Assembly (NCBI GenBank): GCA_026023565.1
Contig: JAPETS010000005.1
Coordinates: 372,001 to 436,000 of the forward strand
DNA length: 64,000 nt
DNA from: Cirrosporium novae-zelandiae
Taxonomy: Eukaryota
Reading direction: 5' to 3'
In this document: one piece after another, positions 14,632 to 27,784 of the stretch
Layout: the number at the start of each line of letters is the position of its first letter
Position numbering within the stretch: position 1 is the stretch's first letter
Translations under genes and position numbers: made by a program
The notes under the pieces: model-generated
Seen by the model: only the letters and a program-made list of their open reading frames with translations
What the model was told of the DNA's origin: nothing
Databases searched by the model: none

Positions 14632-15617
14632 ATGGCCGTAACAGAAAGGAAGCAAGTCAAAGCGACGGAGGAGCAAGTTGTCAATGGAAATGGCTCTATA
14701 CACGGCCCTGCTTCTAATGAACCCAAGGAGAATATCTTCCTTTTCTGGCCTAATATTATAGGTACGGTACCACTAAACATAATACCGTGCGAGGAGGGCT
14801 AATGTACATTCTCCAGGCTATTCGCGCATCATTCTTGCAACAGCTTCTCTTTATTATATGCCTCTCCATCCTCGAACATGCTCGTTTCTCTACAGTATTT
14901 CCTGCCTTCTCGACGCCCTTGATGGTTACGCTGCGCGGCACTTCCACCAATCAACAACATTTGGAGCGGTCCTCGATATGGTGACAGATCGATGCACAAC
15001 TTCCTGCCTCTTAGTTTATCTCGCCTCCGCATGGCCTCGTTATTCCATTGTCTTCCAAGGTTTGATTAGTCTCGATCTTGCTAGTCACTATATGCATATG
15101 TATGCAACCTTGGCAATGGCAGGGTCTGGTCAAAGTCATAAAAAGGTGGATTCAAGCAGGAGCTGGATCCTGAACAAATACTATACGTCGAAGGTTTGCA
15201 CATCAAACTATGTCTTACTCTGACCCTTGCTAATTATGAATCTAGACTGTTTTGTTTATCTTCTGTGCTCTGAACGAACTCTTCTTTATTGCACTCTATC
15301 TTCTTTCTTTCTCGTCTCCAATGCTGTCACCGTCACTCCTCCAGTCTCCGGCGACATCATCTGCACAGCCCGGAAGCCCAGCACATCCCGCACCGTCATC
15401 TCTATTTATTAATCCATGGAGTGCAGGTGCTATGGAACTTGCAAGGGCGAACAAAATGGACAGTTTTTGGCCTTGGGTTCTTACTGGAATTTCCTTCCCA
15501 GTTATGGCGGCAAAGCAATTCGTCAACGTGGTCCAAATTTTCAAGGCATCCAAGTGGTTAGAGGAAGGTGATCTAGCTAAGAGACGGGCTGAAGGCCTCC
15601 CCAAAAAGACGAATTAA
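14632..15617 (+). CDS. PIS1: CDP-diacylglycerol--inositol 3-phosphatidyltransferase
   Basis: ENIFLFWPNIIGYSR and DALDGYAAR...GAVLDMVTDR CDP-alcohol phosphotransferase motif; two introns. Confidence 0.95.
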
Positions 15618-15954
15618 AGTGGACATATTACACATTATTTAAGTAGGGGGGACATATGGGACTTCGTTTTGGATAAGGGAAAGGGGCAACAATTCGCTCA
15701 GATATGGTGGTTTGCTGAGCAAGCTGTCAGGTGTTCGATATTGAATGTACAGGCTGGCGTTGAAGGAGACTGTGAGTTGGGAATTACGAGAGGATATTAC
15801 AAGGCTCTAATGCTTAATACTTTCTCCTCATTTTAATATTCAGATGAACACAATTAGGTACATTCGCTCTTCAGAAAGGATATTCTATAGGGCTTATAGA
15901 TATTACCCATCCGAGAATGGTTATAAACTATGATTAGATACACAGTAAATCTCT

Positions 15955-15964
15955 CCGAGATCGG
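15955..15964. promoter_or_regulatory. Leu3/LeuB-type site CCG-N4-CGG
   Basis: CCGAGATCGG about 160 bp upstream of the LEU2 ATG. Confidence 0.6.
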
Positions 15965-16120
15965 CCAAAGGGCTTCTCTTATGATTCCCCGCCCCGTCCG
16001 CTCCTCGGATATTCCTCTACCCCTCGAAAGATTCAAATAATTACTACTTCTATTAGCACCAGAAGTTCGCGTTATAATTATCTTCATCAACTTTCAGCAT
16101 CCTTACCACACAACATAATT

Positions 16121-17437
16121 ATGCCTGGTTTCAATATCGTCGTCTTCGCCGGTGACGGCGTGGGGCCTGAAGTGAGTTTAAATCTTGAGCACCTGCGAAA
16201 ATAGAAAGAAATTGAGGTTGACTCCTTGCCAATGGGATTGAATGTGATAGATTACAGATGAAGCTGTCAAGGTACATCTATCCGAAATACTCTCCTCTAT
16301 AGTACCGCCGCATGCTCATATTTCGCCAGGTATTGAAAGCCATCGAGAAAGCCCGTCCAGCTGTCACCTTCAACTTCCAACCTCATCTCCTCGGCGGCGC
16401 CTCCATCGACGCCTCTGGAATCCCATTAACCGACGAAGCCCTCTCCGCTGCTGCCGCCGCTGATGCCGTATGGCTAGGTGCTGTCGGTGGACCTGTATGT
16501 CCCCCGCATTCAAATTCTCTCACCTATTTCCTACTGCGTAGCTAACCTCATGGCCAACAAACAGAAATGGGGCACCGCCGCCGTCCGTCCCGAACAAGGC
16601 ATCCTGAAGCTCCGCAAATCCCTCGACACCTTTGCGAACCTCCGCCCAGCCTTTTTCCCCACCCCGGCCCTCGCCTCCCTCTCCCCCCTAAAAGAAGACG
16701 TTGTCACCGGCACCGACTTCGTTGTCGTTCGTGAGCTCACTGGCGGCATATACTTTGGAAAGCGAGAAGAGGCGAAAACTGAAGGCACCGAGGAGAAAGC
16801 ATATGACACGGAAGAGTATTCTCGAAGTGAGATTGAAAGAGTGGCGAGGTTGGCAGGGTGGTTAGCAAGACAGAGAAGCGGGGAGGAGAAAAGGGTGACG
16901 AGTCTAGATAAGGCAAACGTGCTAGCGACGTCAAGAATGTGGAGGAGAGTCGTGACCGAGGTGTTTGAGAAGGAATTCCCGGATGTCAAGGTCCAGCACC
17001 AGTTGATTGACTCAGCGACGATGTTGGTGGTGAAGAATCCGACGAGTCTGAATGGCGTTGTTCTTACAAATAACATTTTCGGGGATATTATTACTGATGA
17101 ATGTGCTGCTATTATCGGATCTCTCGGTCTTGGTCCCTCCGCTTCCCTGGCCTCTCTGCCTTCGCCCGAAAAGCCAACGGTTAAGGGTATCTATGAACCT
17201 ATTCATGGTTCTGCTCCGGATATTGCAGGCCAAGGCGTTGTCAACCCCGTGGCAAGTCTGTTGAGTGTGGCTATGCTGCTGAGGTATTCCCTGGGAATGT
17301 CCAAGGAGGCCGACTTGGTGGAGAAGGCGATTGGAACGGCGATCGAGGGCGGAGCCAGGACAAAAGATATCCAGGGCAATTGCACGACGAAAGAGGTTGG
17401 CGATAGAGTTGTTGCGGAGTTGGAAAAGCTGTTGTGA
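16121..17437 (+). CDS. LEU2: 3-isopropylmalate dehydrogenase
   Basis: [39 protein letters not shown] and [13 protein letters not shown] motifs; three introns. Confidence 0.97.
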
Positions 17438-17837
17438 CTTTATGGCAAAGCGAGACTATGAAAGCCATATAAAGTATGTTGGATCAGGTGTCTTTGAAAA
17501 GTAGTTGACAATGTTAAAATAGGAATTCCTCTAGGCTACTGCCTTGGATATTTTTGGGGGTATTATACCATGCGCAAATAGTGCCAACAACGCCAGTAGC
17601 ATAAAAATATGCAAATAAAAAAAACCCTCCCCCCAATCTTCAGCCCGAAAGCGGTCTAATTTCTCCAGACGGTTTCAGAGCCATCTTCAACTTGCCTGTT
17701 ATGCTAAATCGTAAAAAGCGCATTCAAAGGCAGTAAACTCCAAGTCTAACCCCCGCCTCGTAGTAACTTTTTGTCATGTACTTTTGTCGTAATATTATTT
17801 TAAAAAAAAGGGTCTCGTATTAGCCGTCGACTGGTGT

Positions 17838-18824
17838 TTATCTCAAAACCGCATCTCCCATCCACTCTGCCTCCTCCAAAGGCACCACCTTCCCCTTCTC
17901 ACGTTCTTCCCGCAAAGCCTCCTCGGCCCTCAAAGCAGCCAAAGATTTCCTTATAGATTTTCTCTTGCCCCCAGCACGCCTCTCAGCACCTCGTTCCTCC
18001 TTCCCCCAAATCTGGATGCCCCTGACATGCGTATCCTTACCGTTCTGATGATTCTCCAGGATTCGGACCTGCAGCACCATACACCTGAGCTCATTTTTCT
18101 CCCTAGGTTCCTTATCCCCTCCGTTGGTCTCCTCCTCGTTCAAAACACCCAGGTAACCCCCCCTCCCTCCCCCAACACCCTCAAGCGGCATCTCAACCCA
18201 CCCGGACGGGGTTTCACCATGCCACTCGCCCACCTCGATAAGATCGTAGGTGCTGAAACCAGCGAAAAAGGCGATGCGGGTGGGAGTGTAGGATTCATCG
18301 AGGTGGAAATCGAGGTAGAGGCGCAGACGGGTGATGGAAACAAGCTTGAAAAAATGCAGATGGATGGTATGAGGCTGGGGGCCATCGGATTGCCAGTATT
18401 CTTTTGGATTTGGGGATAGGAGGGACGAGACTCCGTTGGTTGGTTTGGAGGTCGAGAGGAGGATGTGCGCGAGCGGGAGGAGCGAGCGCAGGCCTATTAG
18501 GGTTGGATCGTAGGCGTCGGGGTCATCTCGGGAGGGGGAATTGGCGGCCGAGGGTTCGCCTTCTTCTTCTTCTTCATCTTCGTCCCCCTCTTCGCCTTCT
18601 ACTTCTTCTTCTCCCAGGCCCCCATCCGAGGTCGTTGTTGCTGTGCCCGGGGTGCCATTTCTTGTTGTTTGCGTGCGGCCTCCCGTTGTGGGGGGGAGAG
18701 CAGGGACACGCGCGATCGGCGTGATGGGCGGAGGTCTTTGCAAGGTGGTAGGGTTTTCGGGAGTTTCCGAGGGGAGTTGGCGCTGAGTGCGATTGGTGTT
18801 TCGTGTACGTTGGGCAGGCGGCAT
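17838..18824 (-). CDS. APC10: Anaphase-promoting complex subunit 10
   Basis: YWQSDGPQPH, DESYTP and ENHQNGKDTHVR motifs, C-terminal LR tail, acidic low-complexity N-terminus. Confidence 0.93.
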   Translation of the reverse strand: MPPAQRTRNTNRTQRQLPSETPENPTTLQRPPPITPIARVPALPPTTGGRTQTTRNGTPGTATTTSDGGLGEEEVEGEEGDEDEEEEEGEPSAANSPSRDDPDAYDPTLIGLRSLLPLAHILLSTSKPTNGVSSLLSPNPKEYWQSDGPQPHTIHLHFFKLVSITRLRLYLDFHLDESYTPTRIAFFAGFSTYDLIEVGEWHGETPSGWVEMPLEGVGGGRGGYLGVLNEEETNGGDKEPREKNELRCMVLQVRILENHQNGKDTHVRGIQIWGKEERGAERRAGGKRKSIRKSLAALRAEEALREEREKGKVVPLEEAEWMGDAVLR

Positions 18825-19634
18825 TGTGGTAGGAACTTCTCGGTGGAGGGAGGGGGGATTTGTTGCAGGGGTCCGGGCTGTTTAAAGCTCTAATTGAGGT
18901 GATAAACGATTATTATAGTCGGTGGGAGGAAATCTCCCGAGGGGACGAGATTGTTCAGTAATACCACAGTACTATGGTAGGACAATAGGACGAGGTTTGT
19001 AGATGTTTTGCTACATTAGGTGAGTTTGCTTGGTTTGCGACTTTCCGCAGTATTCCTTTCCTTGTCCTTTACCTATATTTTCTATGGCCACCTACCCCCA
19101 TTCTCAATTCCCAGTTCTCAGAACCCAAGAAGAAGTCGCACTCTTGAGCTAATTACCTAGATACTTACTTATCCAATGCGCATATAAAAAACAAACAAAA
19201 AAAACACATTCTATTTACTTCATCTTAAAGTACTATTACTGTATACTCCCTCATCTCATAATAGTGTCAAAATTCTTGCTTACGCCCACCACACGCTTGT
19301 TGCATTACATCGTAAATTCAGATTCATGTTATTTTCTCGCTTTTATTTTCTATTTTTTTTTAATAGGTTGCTAGGTAGGTGTATAAGTAGGTGATTGGTA
19401 TGAGCTTGGGTCTGGATCGACACGTGCGTTGGCGGAACTGAATGAAAATAAGATGGAGGCCGATTGTGCTATATCGTAGGGTTGGTTAATGAACAAAATG
19501 AACATGAAAATGAGAGTTTGATTAGTGCTTTGATGGTTTACTAATACCACAATATACATTTTCCCAGTTTCTCATACTCACTCATCCACAATGTTAAGCA
19601 CACTTTAACAATTGAAAACACACGTGGAAGCTAT

Positions 19635-21412
19635 CTATTTCGAATCATATCCTCGAAGTTCATCCATCAACTCTCTCGACACATCCACCCCATCCCTAAC
19701 TCTCCACCTCAACATCGGCCCCTCAATCGCACTTGAACTGATCCCTAAGTTGGAATTCCCCCTCCCTGTGTCTTCCATAGCCCAACTCGGCTGCCCCAGC
19801 TCCAACCTTTGCATCTTCCTTCCCAACCACAGGTTCGAAATCCGCCAACCACATCAACCAACCTAGCGCCAGTGTCAACTCCGCATAAGCCAGGTGTTTC
19901 GCGATACAAGATCTCGGACCAAGACTGAAGGGCGCAAAAGCGGATTTCGCAAGTGCGATTTGGTCCGGGTCGTTGAGGGTACAGCGTTCGGGTCGGAAGG
20001 CGAATGGGTCCGGGAAGTATGCGGTATTGTGGTGTAGGCTATAGGGGCTGACGCCGGCGGCGAAATCTGCGGGAATGTGATGATAGAAGCAGATTGTGGC
20101 GCCGGATTGGCCTGCATCGCGGTAGAGGGGGTCGGGGATGGAGGGAGAGGGCGGAGGGACTCATCGATGCAGGCGCGGAGGTAAGGTATGTCTTGGAGAG
20201 GTTGAAGGCGGATAGAGGGGAGGGTTAGGAAGGTACTGCGGAGAAGGTGAGTCAGGTAGTTTTTGGCGGAGGGGTTGCGGGAGAGGTAGAAAAGAATGCC
20301 AGATAAGGCGGTGGATGTTGTGTCGCCGCCGGTGGCAATCATGATGTTGGCTTCAGAGAGAATCTCAGTTGTAGAGAGTCAGGTCCTAGTTTCTGGGTCT
20401 TTGGCCGGGATCACGAATGACATGATATCCCTACGAGGCTTGCTATCGTTTTGAGCTTCGATGCGCTTGAGGCCCATTTCTCTGCCTGGGGCGAAGAAGC
20501 GGGTTCGGCGTTCTTTTATCGAGGGAAGAAGGTATTTGTCGATACTCAGCCATCAAGGCTTGTTGAAACGGCTGAAAAGAGCTGGGTAATGGTAGCCCAT
20601 GAGACAGCGGTGGATATGACCTGCTAGGGCGCTAAAAATGAAGTGGAGAGAGGGGTTGAGTAGGAGGTTGAAGGAATCGTCGAAGGCGAGAGATGAGATG
20701 ATATCAAGGGTCAAGAATAAAGCTATTAGGTCCTGTGAGTATAGATTGCTGAAGTTTGAGAGATGAGAACAGACTCCAGGTTGACGTTTTCTTTGGTTGG
20801 GCCCAAGACTTCGTTAAGGGTGTAGCAGGATCAAAGATATCATTATGATCTTCTTTTTCTTCTAGCATCCTCTTACAGGAATAATTGACATGTTTCAGGA
20901 TAAACGGTTCGGATGCTCGGATAGCGGTATCAGAGAGGCCCTGGCTAACAATCCCTCGTTTTCGGCCATGTATCGTCTTTTCACGGCAGCTGTGAGTGCT
21001 CTAGACATTGGGAAGTACTAGAATAAGACATAGGACCGCCTTTTTTTGAAATTCTTGCTGGCGGTATAAATATCCTTCAGGGCTTGAGGTCTGTTAATGA
21101 TGAGGCAATCTGGTCCGTAGTGAACGAAATCTCCTAAGTGAAAGATCAGTCTGCAAATAGAAAAAGGTTAGAGGAAAGACAGACCATATTTCTCGTGGCA
21201 TCCCAGACATCGATATGAGTATCTTGAAAATAAGCATGATAAAGAGTATATCCATAGGTTATTTTCGCAAAGAAAGGTCCCGGATACTTGGCATAAGGAT
21301 GCAAGATGAGTCTGTAGAAGCAGAGACCAATCACCAGAAATAGGATGAGAATGATGGCCTTGACGAACAGATGAGAGTCAAACAGACCCTGGGTAAGTTC
21401 CCGTTGCAACAT
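19635..21412 (-). pseudogene. Cytochrome P450 pseudogene
   Basis: HPYAKYPGP, I-helix TGGDTTS, ESLR and heme motif PFSLGPRSC are recognisable but lie in different frames. Frameshifts (in CHEKYG near 21200, after ESLR near 20140) and internal stops. Confidence 0.85.
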
Positions 21413-22275
21413 TCTCAGAGGTGGAGATTCTAGGGAAAGAAAGAGAAAAGGAAAAAAATGTGAAGTAGCCAAGGGCTTATAAACTGTTGGTATAGTTGGA
21501 CATATGGTCATTTATATTAGATTCATTTCTTTAAATAGCGTGGGGTCTCATCATGTTGCTACCGATATAGTTCCTCGGTCTCACCATTTCAAAAATATAT
21601 ACATCCTTAACCACTAGAAATGCTTGATCTCAAATCCTCGGACGAAGCAGCTGTTGCTCTTTGAAGAAGGAGCTGTGAGCAGTACATGGTATGCATTATG
21701 GCCCTGTAGTTGAGGTTTTGATAACTAAAACTAAAACATGTCGTCAGCACTAAGCTTCTTACCCCATCACCAGCTCCATGAACTATCTAGTTGTGTTACT
21801 CTACTATTTAACTCTCCCCCCGCAAAAATTAACAAGACATGGACATATATGTATTCTCTCCTGCCCCCTTATCACAAGTCCAAACAAAGCTAATGGATGA
21901 AAGACAAAGAATTCCAGGAATTTTTTCCAGCCGAATATGAATACGTACCTCCCTAGACTCTTAGAGTTTACAGGACAGTAACAACTCATCTACATCAACT
22001 ATAAACATTCCCCACAAAGCATGAATGTTTTCTCCAAAGCAACCCTTTTTTATTTGCATATTAGGGCTATGATAAAACGACTAAAGAAAATACCCAAGTT
22101 CTTTCCATCAAAGTACTATCATGATCAACTAATTATTAAAAAAAAAGCTGCAAAGAAATGTTCCTTATTCCAGCGGCCGATTTTAAAATTTCGGATACCT
22201 AGGCTTCGAAAAACAGAGAGCCAAAATAAAAAGCACTTCTGAAGATGCTATGTCCAATCGAATAGTGAATAGGGC

Positions 22276-23571
22276 TTAATCCATAAGCAAGACAGAAGCT
22301 AAGCCAATCATTTCGGTGCGAATAGCGGAATCGGCAACCCAACGCTTCACCGTAATAGGCGTAAACCCTAATTGGACCTTTATTTTTCGCCGCATAAGTC
22401 CTGACGGTGTTTCTTGGTATTTCCTATCTCGATTTAACATCGACGTCTGATTGAAATATTCTTCATATTTCGGAAAATCAAATTTCCAATCACATGGAAG
22501 GGAATAAAGCTCGTACGCAAGTCTATAGGCTTGCGAGACAAGTTTATAAAGCTCAGTCCAAGCAGATTTTGAACTACCACAGAGCGGCGAGATAATCTGA
22601 AATATCTTTTGAGCTAAGCGGGTGGTCTCTGATGTGACAAAACTATCAAACGTAGGTCGCCTTTTTAGATTTTTAACTAAAAGAGCCATCTCTTCTTGAA
22701 ATACCCGTCGTGCTATAGGAGGGGTATTGCTAAAAAGTTGATTATGGATTTGACCCATCCGATCGTCCGTTGAGACGGAAAGGCCTTTGAAGGCGGAAGA
22801 CTTAACCACATGTGAAACTAACATTGAATTTAGAAACCCTGCAATCAACAATGGCCGGTAGTAGCCATCCTTAAGTAGATAAGGAATGGTCTTCACGTTC
22901 GATACCTTTGCGAGACTCACAAAGGTAGACTCAGGTAGCATCCTATCTGCTTCATTGGGTTTTGTGATATGAGTGTTCACAAACAACTCTACTGAACCCC
23001 ATAGGTTCCGAATATTCGCGACCGCGGATACAGATGCCTCGGATTCATCACTGCCATTACCCACAAGCACGAGAGCTCCAGATTGGCTGCCAGCCTGTGT
23101 TGGTGTCGTAATATGAGACATATTTCGAGAAGATGGGCGTGAGGCCCCACTCATAGTCGGAACTGTCAAGGTTGCAGTAGAACTGCTAGAATGAATTGTC
23201 TGAGAATGATCTCTAGGAGGTAGCTTGGGCGCCTGTATCTGGAGGGTGTTTGCTGTCATCGTAATTGAAGAGTTCGATGACCGAGATGGCAAGTTGAAGG
23301 AAGGGGGTGGAGCTCCAGGAGTATGATTCATCAACTGCCGACAGTTGGCGCATCGAACTTTTTTTGGAGTGGCTATCTCATCACTTTGGACTTTGATAGT
23401 TCGTTTTTGTTGCTCGTTTGTCCTTTTTAGATTATTGTTCTCCTCTTTGAGTTTTGCAATCTCTACTTCAAGGTTTTCAATTTTTCCTTTGTCTACCTGC
23501 ATCTGAGACTTCATTTTTAGGTGATCTGCCCTCGTTTCATGATGGCGTTTGGAATTATGAATCGATGACAT
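22276..23571 (-). CDS. Hypothetical fungal protein, N-terminal coiled coil plus helical C-terminal domain
   Basis: 431-aa uninterrupted ORF; a clean GTATGT..CTAAC..CAG intron upstream (about 23608-23690) suggests a transcribed 5' UTR. Confidence 0.75.
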   Translation of the reverse strand: MSSIHNSKRHHETRADHLKMKSQMQVDKGKIENLEVEIAKLKEENNNLKRTNEQQKRTIKVQSDEIATPKKVRCANCRQLMNHTPGAPPPSFNLPSRSSNSSITMTANTLQIQAPKLPPRDHSQTIHSSSSTATLTVPTMSGASRPSSRNMSHITTPTQAGSQSGALVLVGNGSDESEASVSAVANIRNLWGSVELFVNTHITKPNEADRMLPESTFVSLAKVSNVKTIPYLLKDGYYRPLLIAGFLNSMLVSHVVKSSAFKGLSVSTDDRMGQIHNQLFSNTPPIARRVFQEEMALLVKNLKRRPTFDSFVTSETTRLAQKIFQIISPLCGSSKSAWTELYKLVSQAYRLAYELYSLPCDWKFDFPKYEEYFNQTSMLNRDRKYQETPSGLMRRKIKVQLGFTPITVKRWVADSAIRTEMIGLASVLLMD

Positions 23572-25261
23572 ACTGACAGAACCGTTTGAAGATATTCTAG
23601 GTTATCTGTAGTAAAATCAACAAGTTAGCACTCAATGAAAAATATAAGTTTATAAAACACAGGTATAGAAATATCGGCAACTCACATACCTTCTTAGTTC
23701 TATTAATGATTAGGCGTTTAGAATTGGCGTCTAGTATAAATCAAAGGGCAGATAATTTCTAAAGATTGGTAACAGAAAGTAGAACCTCCAGTATACCAAC
23801 CAAAGAGATAACTTGCTGCAAAAGGACCAAATAGTTTTTCAGAGGAAAGTCAAATGTAGACAACTTCTAAAGTGCTAACGTCATTTGTCAATGAATAATG
23901 TTGGTGTAAACCCTTGATTGAACCTGGAGTAGATGTTGATGAAAGTCAAATATCGAATGAGCTAGGAAGCAATAACGAAATATTTTGTGCTGATGTGATT
24001 CAGATAGCCGTCCTTAACAAATTATTGTGAGGAAGGATTACTATCCTTATGTTGGAGTGGGTGGTTGTTATCGGAAGTATGTATTGATGAATTGAAAGGA
24101 AGATAGTAAGCGAGGTGATGGAAGATCTTGAGTGTTGGTAAGAAACCAAAATAGCAAAAGATCTAACTTGCAAAAGGCTGGTAAGGCACCAGTGTTCACT
24201 GCTATAAGCGCCAGGTTATTGGAGCAAAAGTCTTTGTCACTATGTCGGTGTGGGTTGTTGTTGTTGTTGTCGTCGTTGGTTGTTAGTTGTTGATGGTTGG
24301 TTGCTGGCGTGGAGTGTTGCTGGTCGAAGTAGGTAATGAGAAAGTGAATTGGAGGAAGGAAGCAAGAAACAGAAGATCTTTGATGTTGGTAAAAATCCAA
24401 CTTTCGAAAAGCTAGTAGTGCATCGATGTTCAGTCCTATTAGGGTCAGGTTGTTGAAGGAAGATTTTGTTTATTTAACGGTGTCTTTCTTGTCTAAAAGA
24501 CGAAGAGAGAAAATTTGTGAGGCACTGAATTTATAAACGACAGTACCCAAGTACCTAGGTAGTCACTTCCGGTTGAGTGAATGCAGGTCGTTCGTTGGTT
24601 TCTAGCGCATTCGGAAAGGAACTATGCACATAGGCAAGTGAATGCAGGATGGAGGAACGAGAAACCGTAGTTTCAAATGGACACTTACAACTATTACGTT
24701 GAGTTCACAAGATGCTAAAGAAAGCTACCAAGGTCAAGAATGTCAATGGCATGTAGATGTTGATATGGACTTACAAATACTGCTGATCTAGGTGGTACTA
24801 ACAAAGAAGTATACATCTGGTATGATCCGGAGAATAGCTAATTAATGTCGATTTCCGTGAATTATAGTGGAAGTATTATCGGGCAATTAAAAAATAAACT
24901 GGTTTGGGCCAATGGGATAAATAAATACCCTTCTGATAATAATTCTGAAGGTAATAACGACAAACAAATAAAAAACTGAGTATAGGTCTTTGGAGACAGC
25001 TACAAAAAGTGTATAAAACAATACTTATACTAATTTGGCCAATATTAGATATCTTAATTCCATTCAGAAGTCAGAAGTTAGTCTAAGGAGTGATGGCATC
25101 GATCAATAGGAGCCTAGACACTGTAGAAAAGACGTAAGCATGTGCCAATCGCCTAGACTACCTACCAATTTTTAATCAAAAAGAATCGTCCTCCTTGCCT
25201 ATACACATTTCCCAGCAAACAGACTCTAATTCGTAACGGATTGTAGGGTTCAATCGGTTTC

Positions 25262-27175
25262 CTAGATCGCTTTAGTTCGAGAGAACAGACTGCTGTAGAC
25301 TGCGTCGACTACAGGCTGTGCACTGATTTGCCGACCACCAAAAAATCTCCCGTTGAGACCTTTGATAGCATTTTCGCCCCCCTGGACACGTTCAAACTTG
25401 AGGTAAATGTCTCCCTGGGTATTCGGATCTAGTGCGATGTGAACAACATGACCATATTTATCCTCGCATTCCGCTCGAACATCATCTTCGAGCTCTTTTA
25501 TCCAAGCATCACCTTCTTCCCTAAACAAGAGTTAGCTTTAGGTTTCAACCATACAAAGAGATGCTTACTCGGTTGGATCAAACATATTACGAAGCATTAC
25601 ACACCTGCTCGCTTGACTCACGCTCACAGGTAGGGGTTTCGTTTCATTACGGGGCTTGGGCATTTGACGTTTCGAATCGGCACCATTGGCCTCGGGGGTT
25701 GGTTCATCTGTTCTGGCAAGTTTCCTCATCAATGCATCTCTGCTATAGTTGTTGAAATTCACACCGGCAACATCTGTATCATCAAGTGCACTAGCACCGC
25801 CGGTACCCTTGTCATTATCCCGTCCACCGGCGCGGTCGAAATTGCCACCAGAGCCACCGGCTTGAGCACCACGTCCACCGTGGCCGGAGAAAGCAGAGCC
25901 CTGGAAGTTGGGTTGGTTTTGGCCTTGGAACCTCTGCAAGAGATTTGCAGTGGATTCGGGGGTGAACTTATCGTTTCCAAGGCCAACTCGGATAGGACGA
26001 CCTGCAAGGTCAAATCCATTCATCTTTTCTAGTGCCTCGCGAGCCTGGTTTGGATCACGGAACCTAAGTCATATTAGTAAAGTATATCTTGAACTAAGGC
26101 AGTATACGTACTGAACAAATCCATAACCTCTACTACGGCCCTGCTCCTCTTTCTGTAATTGTACAAACTCAAGCTCCCCAAAGGGTTCGAAGACATGCTG
26201 TAGGTCGCTCTCGGTGATGCTAAAGTGGATATTTCCGACATAGAGCCGGTGGAATGGTATAGAGTTAGGATTGCCGCTTCCACCCTCGGGGTTACGAGCT
26301 TGGCGGTTCTTTTCTGCTTCAGTGAGCTGAGCAATGATCGGAATGCCTAGAAGCTTTTGGCCGGTAAGTTGAATAGCGAGAGGCACAGATTCCTCATTTT
26401 TGAATTCCACATAGCCGACACTGTATATGTTAGTAGTTGAAATCAGTGTCATAAACGAAACCTCTTACCCTTTAGATCTGCCACTAACCCTGTCTTTAAC
26501 GATCTGAGCTTCTTTGACAGGTCCAACCTTTTCAAAGAAAGCAATCAATTCTTTAGTTCGTAAACGGGCAGCAAGTTGTTGCACAAACACAGTACGGCGA
26601 TCGCGTTCATCTTCTGTTAACTGGGGGGTTGGTGATGGGCTTCGTCTTCTTGTACTTTGAGAGCGTTTACGGCCATTATATCGGCGATGTCTGTCATCAT
26701 CGCGATCGTCATCTCGGCGGCTCCTACCGCTTGGCCTATAATATCTGTCATCACCAGGAGATCGAGAGCGGCTACGAGCACGACCAGGTCCCCGATAGAA
26801 GTCACCTCCAGAGCCGCGATAGTCGTCAGAATCATCGCGAAAACGATCTCGACGAGAGTGACGGCGGTCACTGTCACGGCTTCTGCTTCTCTTTCTGCTT
26901 CTGTGGCTTCCATTAGCACTACCGCGTTCACTCCGTGGGCTTTTCACATCATTTTCTAAATCTCGATCCCTGCGTTTGTCTCGACTTCGATCTCGCCGTT
27001 TGCGATCGCGATCGCGACTGCTGTCTCGATAACGATCTCGTTCTCGGCGGTCATTGCGTTCACTTTTATGGCGATCATCGGCGTCTTTCGAGTCTTTCGA
27101 AGGTGCGTCTGGTGCTTCTATGGAGCCTTTTGCGGCGGTGGATTCAAGGAGGGCTTCTACGTCGAGACCTGACAT
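25262..27175 (-). CDS. RBM39/CAPER-type splicing factor (Pad-1/Rsd1)
   Basis: RS/RD-rich N-terminus, RRM1 ([18 protein letters not shown]), RRM2 (LYVGNI..RGYGFVQ), C-terminal UHM (NMFDP..GRFFGGR); three introns. Confidence 0.93.
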
Positions 27176-27784
27176 GATTGCGATACGTTGGATTCTGATC
27201 TCTTCGAAAGGCCAAATGTCTGGTCAACGGGAAGGGATTTTCACTTTCGGCTTGTCAGAGTGATCACCGATAGTGATGCTGAGAGCGAACCCTTTTCAAC
27301 TTGCTTGGCTTAAGCTGTCGACCGGTTGTATGTAAGTAAAACTGTTAAGCGTACAGTGAGCGGATAGAATAGTTTCAAAGGCCGAAGTTGTGAAATCCAA
27401 AAGAATTGGATGATTGATGAGTTGGATGGCGAGGGTCAAGTTCTTGACGGCTTAGCTGACTAAAACGCGCTAAAGCCAAATTGGAAGCCTCAGGCACCAT
27501 TCATAAGCATTTACAATCTATACAGTACGTGAGTAAGTTACCTATTCATTATGGCCTTCTTCTTGACAGGCTAAGATGCAAAATGAATTTGGAGAGACTT
27601 GAGCTCCTGTCAGCTCTTTTCAATGTTTTTCTTTATTCATTCTGGATCAATCATTGATATTATTAGAATTCATTTGAGTAGAGACCATTGTCTGATTTTA
27701 TCAAAGCTGAGTGGGTTATTAATGTATATGCCCCGGGGAAGAACTCCAGCCCCTTTTTTACAACATTATGTATCCTTGATATAT

